DNA of 64,000 nt from positions 20,336,001-20,400,000 of the forward strand of contig OX597838.1 in NCBI GenBank assembly GCA_951406725.2. Reading direction: 5' to 3'. Both the position numbers and the translations under genes were made by a program. This document shows, in pieces, positions 52,112 to 64,000 of the stretch. Numbering within the stretch: position 1 is the first letter of the stretch; every line of letters begins with the position of its first letter. Under the pieces are notes generated by a model. The model was not told the DNA's origin. It did not search any database and saw only the letters and a list, made by a program, of their open reading frames with translations. The stretch comes from Octopus vulgaris (lineage: Eukaryota).

Positions 52112-53540
52112 TTCATATATATATATACGAGCAAAACGCCCCCCGTCCAATGGACGGTGCTGAGTTGACAAACATTTAAATCAAATTTTCTCAAAACAAC
52201 TTGTCCGACCGTCCCATAGGCCTCCCCTATGAGAAACGCTGATTTAACCTAAATTTGAGACACCAGCAAAAGAAGAAATAATAATAGACTTTTTATCTGT
52301 TCCAAAGAAAAACGATTTTATTCACTTTATCGATCGCATTCTCACCTGGAATTGATTTTTGTAATTTTTTCTAGACTTATACACGTCCTGATACCGTCAG
52401 TATCTACGTATCAAATTTGAGCATAATGAAGGAGCTTCTATATAGAAAAAGCATGGATAGTTCATGAGGTTTCTGGCATAAAAATTTAATTGTTTGATAC
52501 AAACTAAAGCCAATAAATAAGTTTAGAAAGAAAAAAACTTCAAGGGACGAAGGCCTTAGGTAAGGATTTTCACTTCACGGTCTTCCATGATTTTCTTTGT
52601 GGTCATAATGTTGGAAACGACATCTGTGCATCAGGGTGTTCTCACTACGCATATGAATGACTTCTCTTGCAAGGGCATAGTTCCGACAACCAGTTGAATC
52701 TTCTGAAATGTGAAAAAAAAAAAAAAAAAAAAGAACTTGGTCAAATTTACAGAGCAGATTTGAACTTGTAACACAGAACTATGTAACAAAATATTTATGG
52801 TTGGCTGTGTGATAAGAAGCTAGCTTCCTAATCACATGATTCCAAGTTCATTCCTACTGTGTGGCCCCCTTGGGAAAGCGTCTTCTACTATAACCTTGGG
52901 CCAAGTAAAGCCTTGAGTGGATTTGGTAGATGGAAACTGAAAGAAGCCCATCATACATATATATGTATATATCTATGTGCGTGTGTGTGTCTTTGTGTTT
53001 GTCCCCTATCACTGCTTGACAACCAGTGTTGGTGTGTTTACGTTCCTGCAACTTAGCAGTTCAGCAAAAGAGACAGATAGAATAAGTACTAGGCTTTAAA
53101 AATAAGTCTTGGCGTTGATTCATTCAATTGAAAGGCAGTGCTCCAGCATGGCTGCAGTCAAATGACTGAAACAAGTAAAAGAATAAAAGAATAAAGAAAC
53201 AACTAATACCCATTTTCTCGGGCAACTGTTCCCAAATTATTTTGTTGTGGAACCCTTATAACCTTTAGCATTCAGTTTACTCTGCCAAATGTAAAAAGGG
53301 ATAAAGACCCCTGTTCAGTCATGAGTGACCATGGGATTGCACCTAGAAAGTTCTCCTCCAAGGCACAAATATAGGCAAGGTTGTTTATGGAAGACCAGCA
53401 GTTGTCCATGCATACCAGCCTCTCTTCTCCATGATACCGATGTTATCCAAGGGAAAGGCAAAGGGGCCGATACAGCTTGGCACCAGTAATGTCACAACTC
53501 ATTTCCATAGCTGAATGAACTGGAGTAACATGAAATAAAG

Positions 53541-53974
53541 TTAGTTAGTTAATTTTTTGGCTCAAAAAGCAAAGCCATGTAGGGGGACATGGAGTTATGT
53601 ACAGGGTGGTGTTCATATAAAGAGTTGTGGTCAAGGGAGACTTTGAACCGAGCGGTCGTCGGCATCTTCACCATCTCGTCCGGCAGCTTATTCCACGGAT
53701 CTGCAACCTGGACGAAGAAAGCCCCTCTCCTTCGATTGAGATGAAATCGTCGCAGATAGAGCTTTACGGAATGACCCCGCAGCCGACGCTCTGGAGCAGG
53801 AGTGAAGAACAGCTCTTTCGAGAGGTTACACTTTCCACTTATGATGTTGTGAGCAAGAATGAGATCACCACGGCGGCGGCGTTTTTCTAGAGAATAAAGG
53901 TCGAGCGTCTTCAGCCTTTCTTCATAAGACAAATTCTTGAGACCAAGAACCATGCGGGTAGCCAGCTTCTGGAC
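53541..53974 (-). mobile_element. CR1-type LINE 3' fragment inserted into a family D SINE
   Basis: C-terminal motif MVLGLKNLSYEERLKTLDLYSLEKRRRRGDLI...LRGHSVKL...FFVQVADPWNKLP; (TAAC)n tail. The SINE core resumes on both sides (tgaaataaag | cttgctcaagaac). Confidence 0.9.
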
Positions 53975-54269
53975 TTGCTCAAGAACTCAACACACAGCCT
54001 GGTCCAGGAATTGAACTCACTACCTCATGATAGTGAACCCAACGCTCTAACCACTGAACCATGCAGTTTCACAATGTAATACTCATTAATTCACATTGTT
54101 TTCAATTAACCAAGCATTATTTTGTAGCTTGAAGATTTCAATGATGGGATTGTTTATTTTTAGAATGCCATTCTGAAATCTAGCTGATTTGAACATAAAA
54201 CAAATAGAACCAGATATGGCTGGTTTAAATGCTAAAGGGTTATACAATTTTCCGGTATACAAGTCAAAG

Positions 54270-54514
54270 CAGTTCTATATTTAAGAGATGAGGAATTATG
54301 TACACTATTTACATTATTTACATTAGACGGAAATTTTTGTCCTCATCTTGTTTGTTGTTAACAACATTTCAGCTGATAAACCCTCCAGCCTTCTTCAGGA
54401 GTCGTGGGGAAATTTTGAACCTGGGTTCTCATTCCTAAAGTATTTTTCAATGTTATTATTATTATTGTTCAGGTCACTGCTTGGAATCAAACTCGGAATT
54501 TTGGGGTTAGTAGC
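54270..54514 (-). mobile_element. Second, head-truncated copy of the tRNA-head/hammerhead SINE-like element
   Basis: Colinear with 61596-61845; minus strand CTGAAGA-a-ggctg(gagggtttat)cagct-GAAA-tg-TT at ~54363-54398. Confidence 0.7.
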
Positions 54515-54560
54515 TAATGTTTCTGCCAGCTTGCTGCCCCATACCATGATGCTCTGTCCT

Positions 54561-55257
54561 TTGTAAGATATTTCGTTGGAAATTTCTTGCATTTCGGCAA
54601 TTTTAACCAATCAATTACCTCCATTGACGTAAATAACATTCTGTGCATAATGAATATGTCCCTCCTTTAAGAAACAGATTGGGTTTATTTACATTTGTGA
54701 AGAAAAAAGATACCCTTCCCCAACCCCTAACCAACCCTAACTAACACTAACTCTAACCCTAAAATCTAAAAATGCAATAGATCGATACCAGCGTTATAAT
54801 TATGGGTGACAATTTCATATGACACTGCTACGGAAAATGGGATTTTTTTCTAGCGGTGTCAAATGAAAATGTCACCCATAATTATGGCCCTAGTATCGAT
54901 CTATTGCATTTCAATCTATTTTAGATTTTAGGGTTAGAGTTAGGGTTAGTTAGTGTTAGGGGTTGGGGAAGGGTATCTTTTTTTCTTCACAAATGTAAAT
55001 AAACCTAATCTGTTTCTTAAAGGAGGGACATATTCATTATGCACAGAATGTTATTTACGTCAATGAAGGTAATTGATTGGTTAAAATTGCCGAAATGCAA
55101 GAAATTTCAGACGAAATATCTTACAAACTATAGAATTTTCTCAATAAAGCCAAGAGAAAATGATGTTTTAAAACACATTCTACCAGTATACGAAGTTTAA
55201 AACTTTTTAGTTACCTAGAAATTATGTTACAAAGTGCCGTTCAAAAGGAAAAGATCC
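54561..55257. mobile_element. Foldback MITE (GGATCTTT family), left end truncated, telomere-like repeats in the arms
   Basis: Palindrome centred near 54838; right terminus gccgttcaaaaggaaaagatcc. Confidence 0.85.
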
Positions 55258-55679
55258 AACGATCCTGCTTGCTTGCCGCCTTGTTCAGTATATATATTAC
55301 GAGCTTCTTTCAGTTTCCGCCTGCCAAATCGACTCACAAGACTTTGTCGTGCAGTAGGATTGAACCCAAGACCACATGGTCTTCTTACCGACCTTATTGA
55401 CCAAATTTTCCCATTCATTGTTGTTTGAGACGATAATTCGTGATTTGAGGTAGGGCTATTGGCTACTATTTCTTTCAAGCTAAGCAAGTATGTAGAAGAC
55501 AGGAATGTAATGCAAATATAGGAACGTTATGTAAGCAAACACAATACGACAACTGGTACAGGACAGCAAAAGTACGTTTTAGGAAGCAAATATACACAAA
55601 AACACAACACTCACGAAGTCCTTAATCTGTCTCCTTATAATGAATACTAGGATCATACAGTCTCCTTTGGTTTCCTTGT

Positions 55680-56033
55680 TCAGAATTTCGATTTCACTTT
55701 TTCAAGGATATGGGTATCATTTTCGTAGATGACATCGCTGCCTTCCTTGGATAGTACCGCTTGACATTCATCTCGAGTGGCCTTGCAGGAAGCTGTTATA
55801 TAAGGCTTATCCAACTGGTATTTGTTCAGATGGTAGTCTGCAGATATCCTCTGAAGACTCTCATAAATATTCTCACATTTTGCCGGTTCTTCAATTCGTG
55901 TAGCGTCAGCATGCCTAAAGGTTTTAGCTATATTCTCGCGTATGAAGACGGCGAGGTCCTTATCAGCTGCTTTGCTGGTGTCTATGGGCCAGTTTTTACA
56001 GAGGGTTAGAAAACGTCTGTAACTCGAAGCCAT
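55680..56033 (-). CDS. UQCC2: Ubiquinol-cytochrome c reductase complex assembly factor 2 (intronless CDS, 117 aa)
   Basis: MASSYRRFLTLCKNWPIDTSK..KDLAVFIRENIAKTF...EEPAKCENIYESLQRISADYHLNKY aligns by eye with the UQCC2 pattern YRRFLKLCEEWPVD..K..RDL...R...AF...C..MYESL.RL..NYYK.KY; full length, no disruptions. Confidence 0.92.
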   Translation of the reverse strand: MASSYRRFLTLCKNWPIDTSKAADKDLAVFIRENIAKTFRHADATRIEEPAKCENIYESLQRISADYHLNKYQLDKPYITASCKATRDECQAVLSKEGSDVIYENDTHILEKVKSKF

Positions 56034-56386
56034 CTCTCTCTCTCTCTCTTTTTTTCTATCACTCCTAACTTATGTTATTTACGTCTTGACGTTGCATTTA
56101 TGTAACATGTGCGTTGTTATAGAGTCGAAGACACCATTGGAAGGCGAAGGTTAAACGACTTAATCCTACTGGGAACTCTTTTAATAATACACCGCCTGAA
56201 CTGTAGTTATAGGATTTATTTCCCTTAGACCAGGCACATCATCACAACCACCACGTCGGGGATCATTTGGTATCGGGCTTCAGAGGAAGAATAAATTTTT
56301 AAAAATTTGTTTCCGTTTTTTTTTTTTACTATCGCAGGTGATATATATATATATATGTATATCGCTGACAACCATACAGAAAAGAT

Positions 56387-56440
<54 letters not shown>

Positions 56441-56563
56441 GTAATAATTAAATTATTACATTTATAATTATAAATTGCTCTTTACTCTTTTACTTGTTTC
56501 AGTCATTTGACTGTGGTCATTGACAGCATCGTTTGTCAAGCGATGTTGGGGGGACAAACACAG

Positions 56564-56639
<76 letters not shown>

Positions 56640-57257
56640 GACGGGCTTCTTTCAGTTTCCGTCTACCAAATCCACTCACAAGGCTTTGGTCGGCCCGAGG
56701 CTATAGTAGAAGCCACTTGTCTGTCTGTCCTTGTTTGTCCCCTCTATTTTTAGCCCCTTGTGGGTAATAAAGAAACAGGTATTTCGTCTGCCGCTATGTT
56801 CTGAGTTCAAATTCCACCGAGGTCAACCTTTGCCTTTCATCCTTTCGGGTGGTGGGGTCGATAAATTAAGTACCATTTGCGTACTAGAGTCGATCTAATC
56901 AAATTGCCCCTTTTCCCAAAATTTCACCAGTCAACACGTACTCTCGACCTTCTGACCCTTTTCCCGTCGACTGGCTACTGGTTTATTTATAATGGCTGGC
57001 TACTATCACTTTTTACCGGGAGGGGTGTACAATTTCACTACACAACAGTAACACAGGTGTCTTTTACACGGCACCTGCACAGGTGCTTTTTACGTAACAC
57101 CAGCACAGGTATTATTTACGTGACACCAGCACCAGTGGAATTGCTTAGTAGCTTGTAAGACAGAGAGCTCTCAATTGACAGAGAAACTGAGGGTAGTGGT
57201 GTGTACCAGGTGAGAAGCTAGAGTATAACAGAGGGACAGAGGGAGAGATAGATTAAC

Positions 57258-57820
57258 TTTTCTACTCTAGACACAAGGCCCGAAATTTGGGGGGAAGGGG
57301 CAAGTCGATTAGATCGATTCCAGTACACAACTGGTACTTACTTTATCGACCCCGAAAGGATGAAAGGCAAAGTCGACCTCGGCGGAAGCGGCAGACGAAA
57401 TACCTATTTCTTTATTGCCCACAAGGGGCTAAACACAGAGGGGACAAACAAGGACAGACAAACGGATTAAGTCGATTATATCGACCCCAGTGCATAACTG
57501 GTACTTATTTAATCGACCCCGAAAGGATGAAAGGCAAAGTCGACCTTGGCGGAATTTGAACTCAGAACGTAGCGGCAGACGAAATACCTATTTCTTTATT
57601 ACCCACAAGGGGCTAAACACAGAGAGGACAAACAAGGACAGACATAGGTATTAAGTCGATTAGAACGACTCAGTGCGTAACTGGTACATAATTTATCGAC
57701 CCCGAAAGGATGAAAGGCAAAGTCGACCTCGGCGGAGTTTGAACTCAGAACGTAACGACAGCCGAAATACTGCTAAGCATTTCGCCCGGCATGCTAACGT
57801 TTCTGCCAGCTCGCCGCCTT
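57258..57820 (-). mobile_element. SINE family A, three tandem body units
   Basis: Core atcgaccccgaaaggatgaaaggcaaagtcgacc occurs three times under a single head ending near 57820. Confidence 0.85.
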
Positions 57821-58274
57821 GGTGGTGGTGGTGGGAGATAGATAATGTTGGCGATGTATTGGGGGGGACTACCCATAGAGAACAGCGAGGGGTAGGGAGA
57901 GTATAAGTAGTAGAGAGAAGATAGAAGGGGGATATTCCAAAAGTGTGTGAGGGGAGACGTTTAGAGATGGGGATGACATGACTGTAGCAAGTGATGAGAG
58001 AAAATGGAGTCACTGGGATGTGTGTGTGGCGGGCAGGGTATGGTAGATATGTGAGGGCATTGTTATGAAACCAGTTTCTTCATGATATTCTAGAGGATTC
58101 ACCATTAACCAGTTATTCTTTTATGAAATGGGTAGAGTTTTTATTTTTTAAATAAAGAAAATGAAAAAATAAATGTGTATATATTTTAAAAGTTTGTTGG
58201 GTTATATTGGCGGTTTGTGTCGTGAAAAAATGGCTGGAGACTATTGGTATTAGGCATCCCGGATGTAAATCAAA

Positions 58275-58875
58275 TCTTTATATATAAAAGTGAAGTTGTG
58301 TGTCTGTCTCCTACGATTTAGATTACTAACTACTCCCACATTTTGCGGTGCAGTGTAACCAAAACCGGGTATCTTATAGTTGTGATTCATATCGAGCCCT
58401 TCTGGGTATTAGCGCGCGTCTACGATGAGTCTATGATTTAAAAAAAAAATTACCATTATTTTTTTCCATTTTAATGCATTTTTTTCGCTATTATATAAGG
58501 GAAGTAACTCTCTAAAAATGTCTATGATGAGTCAACGATTTTTTAAAAAAATTTACCATCATTTTTTTCCATTTTAATGCATTTTTTCGCTATTATATAA
58601 GGGAAGTAACTCTCTAAAAATGTCTACGATGAGTCAACGATTTTAAAAATAAATTACCATCATTTTTTCCATTTTAATGCATTTTTCGCTATTATATAAG
58701 GGAAGTAACTCTCTAAAAATGTCTACGATGAGTCAACGATTTAAAAAAAAAATATACCATCATTTTTTTTCCATTTTTAATGCATATTTTTGCTATATTT
58801 TGGCTATAACTCTCTAAAAATGCTTATATAATTATTTCCCTTACAAATCCGAGCAACGCCGGGCGATACTGCCAG
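58275..58875 (+). mobile_element. Non-autonomous Helitron-like element with an internal ~105-bp tandem repeat
   Basis: A|TC(tttatatataaaag) 5' end; 3' ccgagcaacgccggg hairpin region and CCAG|T (CTAG variant). About 3.5 repeats of gtctacgatgagtcaacgattt...gggaagtaactctctaaaaat. Confidence 0.75.
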
Positions 58876-59424
58876 TTATTTATAATTTTCATTCACATTC
58901 TTTTCTTGCACTGTATATTGCGACAGACGTATTAACAAAAATATCAGCGCACAGTGACTTTCCGAACACTCTGTACATCATTATGGTCCAGATACCATGA
59001 CAGAAATGAAGCAAACCTACACAAATGTGACCCGACTTTGTTACCTCATAATTCCCCGAAAATAATGAATACTTTTTAAATGAAATTTTGTATAAGAACC
59101 TTTCAGATTGTGTAGATTATATCAGAAGATTGTGCAAATTATATCAGAAGAAAAAAAATGTGAAAAAAGAATTGGTAGTCGCGCACTCATATAATATGTA
59201 CAAAATAAAATCTGAAATTTTGTACAAGGAAAAAAATACGTGTGTTTGTATGTATGAGTGCGTGGCCAGCAGGATTTTTTTTTCTTCACATTAAACTCCG
59301 ATTGTGTTGTAATGTACCCCATCTGAAAGGAATTAGTGAAAAATTTCATAAGAAAATATTAAATTTTTCTGAAGTTATGAGTCGTGTGTGTCTACGTGCT
59401 TCTGTGTGTGTGTGTGCGTACGTG

Positions 59425-59477
<53 letters not shown>

Positions 59478-60112
59478 GTGGGGGGCACACTTGTGTAGTT
59501 ATGCCAATCAAAGTTCACGCTTTAATTTCGTTGACATTTAATCCTCAGTCCAACAAAACTACACAATCAAAGGCGTTACAACCTTGACTTTTTCTGTATC
59601 ATGGACGACATTAGCCACCAGGTCAGCTCCTATCAAAAAAAGCCTTTAAGAAAGACATTCCATCCGTGGCGGATCTTTTTTTTTTTTTCTAATTGCCGAC
59701 AGTGTACCTCGAAACGGAATTCAGGTTTAGGTACTCTATATAACACCTCATAACTATTTCATTTTTTGGAATTTTTAGAAATCTCGAATTACATTATGCA
59801 TTGCGATCTTTAAAAGATGGTAAAATCATGTGATTAAACGGTTCTTTTTATTTTTTGGCTGCTCTTTCTAGCTTCTCGAGTGACTATTGTCAACGTAAGG
59901 AGTTGTTTATACTGATAAACAAGATTGCCCAGAGGCCAGTGGCCAATCGTAGGCTAAATATCGACATCCTGATTGTCGAGAGCATCAATAAAACGTTGAA
60001 ATACGTTAAATATAATCAAAATAATTAATTAATTACAAAATTATAACAGAATAGAACGTCAATAAATGTTTAACAGTATATAATATATTTTTTTCAGCAC
60101 TTCAATGTATGA

Positions 60113-60184
60113 GGCTCGTTGGTCTAGGGGTATGATTCTCGCTTTGGGTGCGAGAGGTCCCGGGTTCGAATCCCGGACGAGCCC
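60113..60184 (+). tRNA. tRNA-Pro (anticodon TGG)
   Basis: GGCTCGTTGGTCTAGGGGTATGATTCTCGCTTTGGGTGCGAGAGGTCCCGGGTTCGAATCCCGGACGAGCCC: canonical 72-nt metazoan tRNA-Pro with intact stems and a T6 terminator ~12 nt downstream. Confidence 0.98.
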
Positions 60185-60559
60185 ATCGTTACTTCTTTTT
60201 TAAAAGATTCCTCTATATGTTTTTTTCGTTACTTTTTACGTCTATAGATTCTTTTCGTTTTATTCTGTGTTCGTACCAAATATATTGAAGATATGATTCC
60301 AATAAAGTATGTTTGTTTTATTTTCGTACATTTTATTTTATAACTGTTTCGTTTCTGATGGCTGATTTTTCATGCACAATAACAGTGGGAAATTATGAGG
60401 GACTTAATTTTTTTTTAAACTTTCCCTGTCGTTCATTTATAATTATAGTGCTGTATTTTCAAATATATTTATTCCACGAGAATGGCATGAACGTTACACG
60501 TTCTCATTGGAATAGTTGGATCGAAAAAGCGTACTTTTTATCCCTTTAAGCTGCCACGA

Positions 60560-60599
<40 letters not shown>

Positions 60600-61595
60600 T
60601 AAATTTTACGTTTCCATAAATTCTGTTGTAGGAAATAATAATAAGGCGTTCCAGTCGTGACTATTCGACGAACATATCATTTAAAATAACGGCAACATAG
60701 TTTAAATGATGTACAGTTTATATAAAAGCATTTCCTTCAAATCTTATTTTTTAATAAACGATATCAACAGTATATTGTTTCAAATTTTGGCTCAAAGCCA
60801 GAAATTTTAGTGGGTGGGTTTTAGTTGCGTGGCTTGGTTGTAAGGGTATTGAAGTCACGGTCGCAAGATCATGGCTTCGATTCCTAGACCGTCTGTGCGT
60901 TGTGTTCTTGAGCTAAACACCTCGTTTAATATTGCTCCTGTCCACTCAGCTGCAGGTGGGTAACCTTGCGACGGATTGGCGTGCAAGGGTGAGATAGTAA
61001 CTCAGGAACATCGCCCGAACGGATAAATAGTACAACCCGTACAGTGAATCCCGACTGTTTGGAATGGTTCAGTCACATCGAAGGTCAATCAGTCAATTAG
61101 CGGACTGCACCGACTCGGTGCTCAACAGAGTCGATCCTTCGGTATCTGTACACGATGTCATTCTCGCAAACAACCTTTCCGCGTGACATAGATAAAGAAA
61201 CGAAGCTGAAAAAGCGGATGATTGACATCGTCTCCTCATACCGCCAATCTGAAGAGCAACACCGAAGGGTCGACTTCAACTGATACTTATTTTATCGACC
61301 TTGAAAAAAATTAATGACTAAGTTGACTTAACGGATAGAAGGAACCCGGACATTGCGTGCGAATGAAGCCTTCAATTTTTTTTTTTTTAAACTATTTCTT
61401 AAATTCCTGTTTTTGTTGCATTCTTTTTTGTCACAAATGGTGAATGAGAATCGTATTAATTCTTTATAAAAGTGAAAGTAAATTGTCTTAAAAATTTGAA
61501 AGTAAATTGCAATAAAAACTAGATGTGACGACAGTCTCTTTTCTGTATGTGCATTAGTTGAATTATAGGTAGAATCAAATGGCGCTTCTCAAAAA

Positions 61596-61761
61596 AGTTC
61601 TATATTTAAGAGATAAGGAATTTTGTACATTATTTACATTCGACAGATATTTGTCCTCTTCCTGTTTGTTGTTAACACAAAGTTTCGGCTGATGTACCCC
61701 CCAGGTGTCTTGGGGAAATTTTGAACCTGGGTTCTCATTCCTAAGGTATTTTTCGATGCTG

Positions 61762-61803
<42 letters not shown>

Positions 61804-61998
61804 TCACTGTTTGGAATCGAACTCAGAATCTTGGGGTTAGTAGCCTGCGCTCTTAACCACTACACCATATCCCCAAGACACCTGATGAAAGCTAGAGGGT
61901 ATATCAGCCGAAACGTGTTAACAACAAACAAGATGAGGACAAATATCCGTCAATTGTAAATATTGTATAAAATTCCTCGTCTCTTAAATATAGAACTG
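61596..61998 (-). mobile_element. SINE-like element: tRNA-type Pol III head, (AAT)n, hammerhead-like motif, and inverted terminal duplication
   Basis: Minus strand A box tggtgtagtgg (61867-61857) and B box gagttcgattcc (61824-61813). Arms 61596-61715 and 61871-61998 are inverted repeats. CTGATGA...GAAA core at 61882-61913. Confidence 0.75.
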
Positions 61999-62234
61999 TA
62001 TGGTTACCATTGTTTTGAATACACATTGCAATACGTTAACCCCATTCATAGTGAACTTGTAATAGCACATCTGGTGATACGTGTGCAAAGGAGTTGGTGA
62101 TGCATTCCTTCAAATGATTTATGTCTTTTATCTTTCCATGATACACCCCAAAGATAGAAATCAAGAGGGGTCAGTTCAGGGGATCTAGGGGATCTTATAA
62201 ACTGTTTCTTATAAAAAAAATAAATTTTTTCTAT

Positions 62235-62770
62235 GCAGGAGTGGCTGTGTGGTAAGTAGCTTGTTTACCAACCACATGGTTCCGGGTTCAGTCCCACTGC
62301 GTGGCACCTTGGGCAAGTGTCTTCTACTATAGCCTCAGGCCGACCAAAGCCTTGTGGGTGGATTTGGTAGACGGAAACTGAAAGAAGCCCGTCGTATATA
62401 TATATATATATATATATATATCTCATCATCATCATCATCATCGTTTAGATGATGATATAAATATACGACGGGCTTCTTTCAGTTTCCGTCTACCAAATCC
62501 AACCACAAGGCTTTGGTCGGCCCAAGGCTATAGTAGAAGACACTTGCCCAAGGTGCCACACAGTGGGACTGAACCCGGAACCATATATATATATGCGTGT
62601 GTGTTTGCCCCCTAGCATTGCTTGACAACCGATGCTGGTGTGTTTATGTCCCCGTTACTAAGCGGTCTGGCAAAAGAGGCCGATAGAATAAGTCCTGGGG
62701 TTGAGTTGCTCGATTAAAAGCGGTACTCCAGCATGGCCACAGTCAAATGACTGAAACAAGTAAAAGAGAG
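62235..62770 (+). mobile_element. SINE family B containing an inverted duplicate of its own head/core
   Basis: 62276-62399 is repeated in reverse complement at 62461-62584. Confidence 0.85.
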
Positions 62771-63164
62771 ACTAAAGAGTATGGAGACTTTTGATTCATC
62801 CTGTATATTATGAATATACTATATTCATTGCATTATACGATTCAATTATGAATTAACTACAATAGATAAGGGATAAAGATCCCTTCTGAGTCATATAGAC
62901 CCATTGGGCTAGTTTCCTGGTTCCCATGGGTGTATATATTTCCCACCAGGATGGGACCCTAGTCCATCACAGGATTCCTCATTTGTACCAGCTGAGTGGA
63001 CTGGAGCAACATGAAATGAAATGCCTTGCTCAAGGGCATAATGCGTCGCCTGGTCCAGGAATCGAAACCTGAACCACAATCTTTTGATCATGACTGCAAC
63101 ACCTGAACCACAGATGATGCAACAAAGTTAATTGTACTTCCTAGCTTATCACATTTATACAAAT

Positions 63165-63556
63165 ATTCTTTTCTACTCTAGGCACAAGACCTGAAATTTT
63201 GGGGGAGGGGGGCCAGTCGATTAGACTAACCCTAGTACACAACTGGTACTTGATTTATCAACCCTGAAAGGATGAAAGGCAAAGTTGACCTCAGCATGTA
63301 AAGACAGACAAAATATTTATTTCTTTACTGTCCACAAGGAGCTACACACAGAGGGGACAAACAAGGATACACAAACGGATTATGTCGATTATATCGACCA
63401 CAGTGCGTAACTGGTACTTATTTAATTGACCCCAAAAGGATGAAAGGCAAAGTTGACCTCGGCGGAATTTGAACTCAGAACGTAGTGGCAGACGAAATAC
63501 CACTAAACATTTCGCCTTTGCCTGGCGTGCTAACGTTTCTGCCAGTTTGCCACCTT
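63165..63556 (-). mobile_element. SINE family A, two body units
   Basis: Same arrangement as 57258-57820. Confidence 0.8.
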
Positions 63557-64000
63557 GTTGTTTGTTCCTTCTCGAGCCATGCCTGGCTCATAAGGGCCAG
63601 TTTCCCGGTTTCCATGGCATATAGGTTCCCCACCTGGACGGGACGCTAGTCCGTTGCAGGTAAGCTGCAAGAGGCAGGAGGAAAGAGTGAGAGAAAGTTG
63701 TGGCGAAAGTGTCAGCAGAAGTTTGCCATTACCTTCTGCTGGAGCCACATGGAACTTTAGGTGTTTTTCACTCATAAGCATACACATCGCCCAGTCTGAG
63801 ATTTGAACCCACGACAATCATGATGGTAACATGTAAAAGGCACTCGTGTCGGAGACATGTAGTAGGTGCCTGTGCCGGTGACACATAAAAGGCACCTGCG
63901 TTGGTGACATGGGAAAGGCACTCTTGCTGGTGGCACATAAAAGACATCTGGTACATTCTGTTGAGTGGTCTGCATTAGGAAAGGCCACCAGTCATAGAAA

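Overview
AT-rich, repeat-dense eukaryotic genomic DNA. The SINE families, microsatellite load and genes look like a coleoid cephalopod, probably Octopus (inference). Host genes: (1) a + strand 4-coding-exon type-B carboxylesterase/cholinesterase-fold gene with an N-terminal membrane anchor (neurotactin-like topology; join 32989..33900,34661..34985,35512..35583,36179..36723; 617 aa), with a probable upstream first exon at ~24.5 kb; (2) an intronless - strand UQCC2 (55680..56033); (3) tRNA-Pro(TGG) at 60113..60184. The rest is mostly mobile-element debris: at least 4 tRNA-derived SINE families, two decayed mariner transposases, RTE and CR1 LINE fragments, hAT/pogo/Merlin-like MITEs, Helitron/Helentron-type elements and microsatellites. 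Nearly all ORFs in the supplied track are repeat or microsatellite artefacts. The most unusual signal is a set of self-cleaving-ribozyme-like motifs found by eye: a SINE-like element joining a tRNA-type Pol III head to a minimal hammerhead and an inverted terminal duplication (two copies), a hammerhead with a G3-C8 core swap, another variant hammerhead, and a decayed HDV-like fold at a probable RTE 5' end. A second oddity is a family of foldback elements carrying telomere-like repeats. All repeat classifications were made by eye without database searches, and repeat boundaries are approximate unless a TIR or TSD is quoted.
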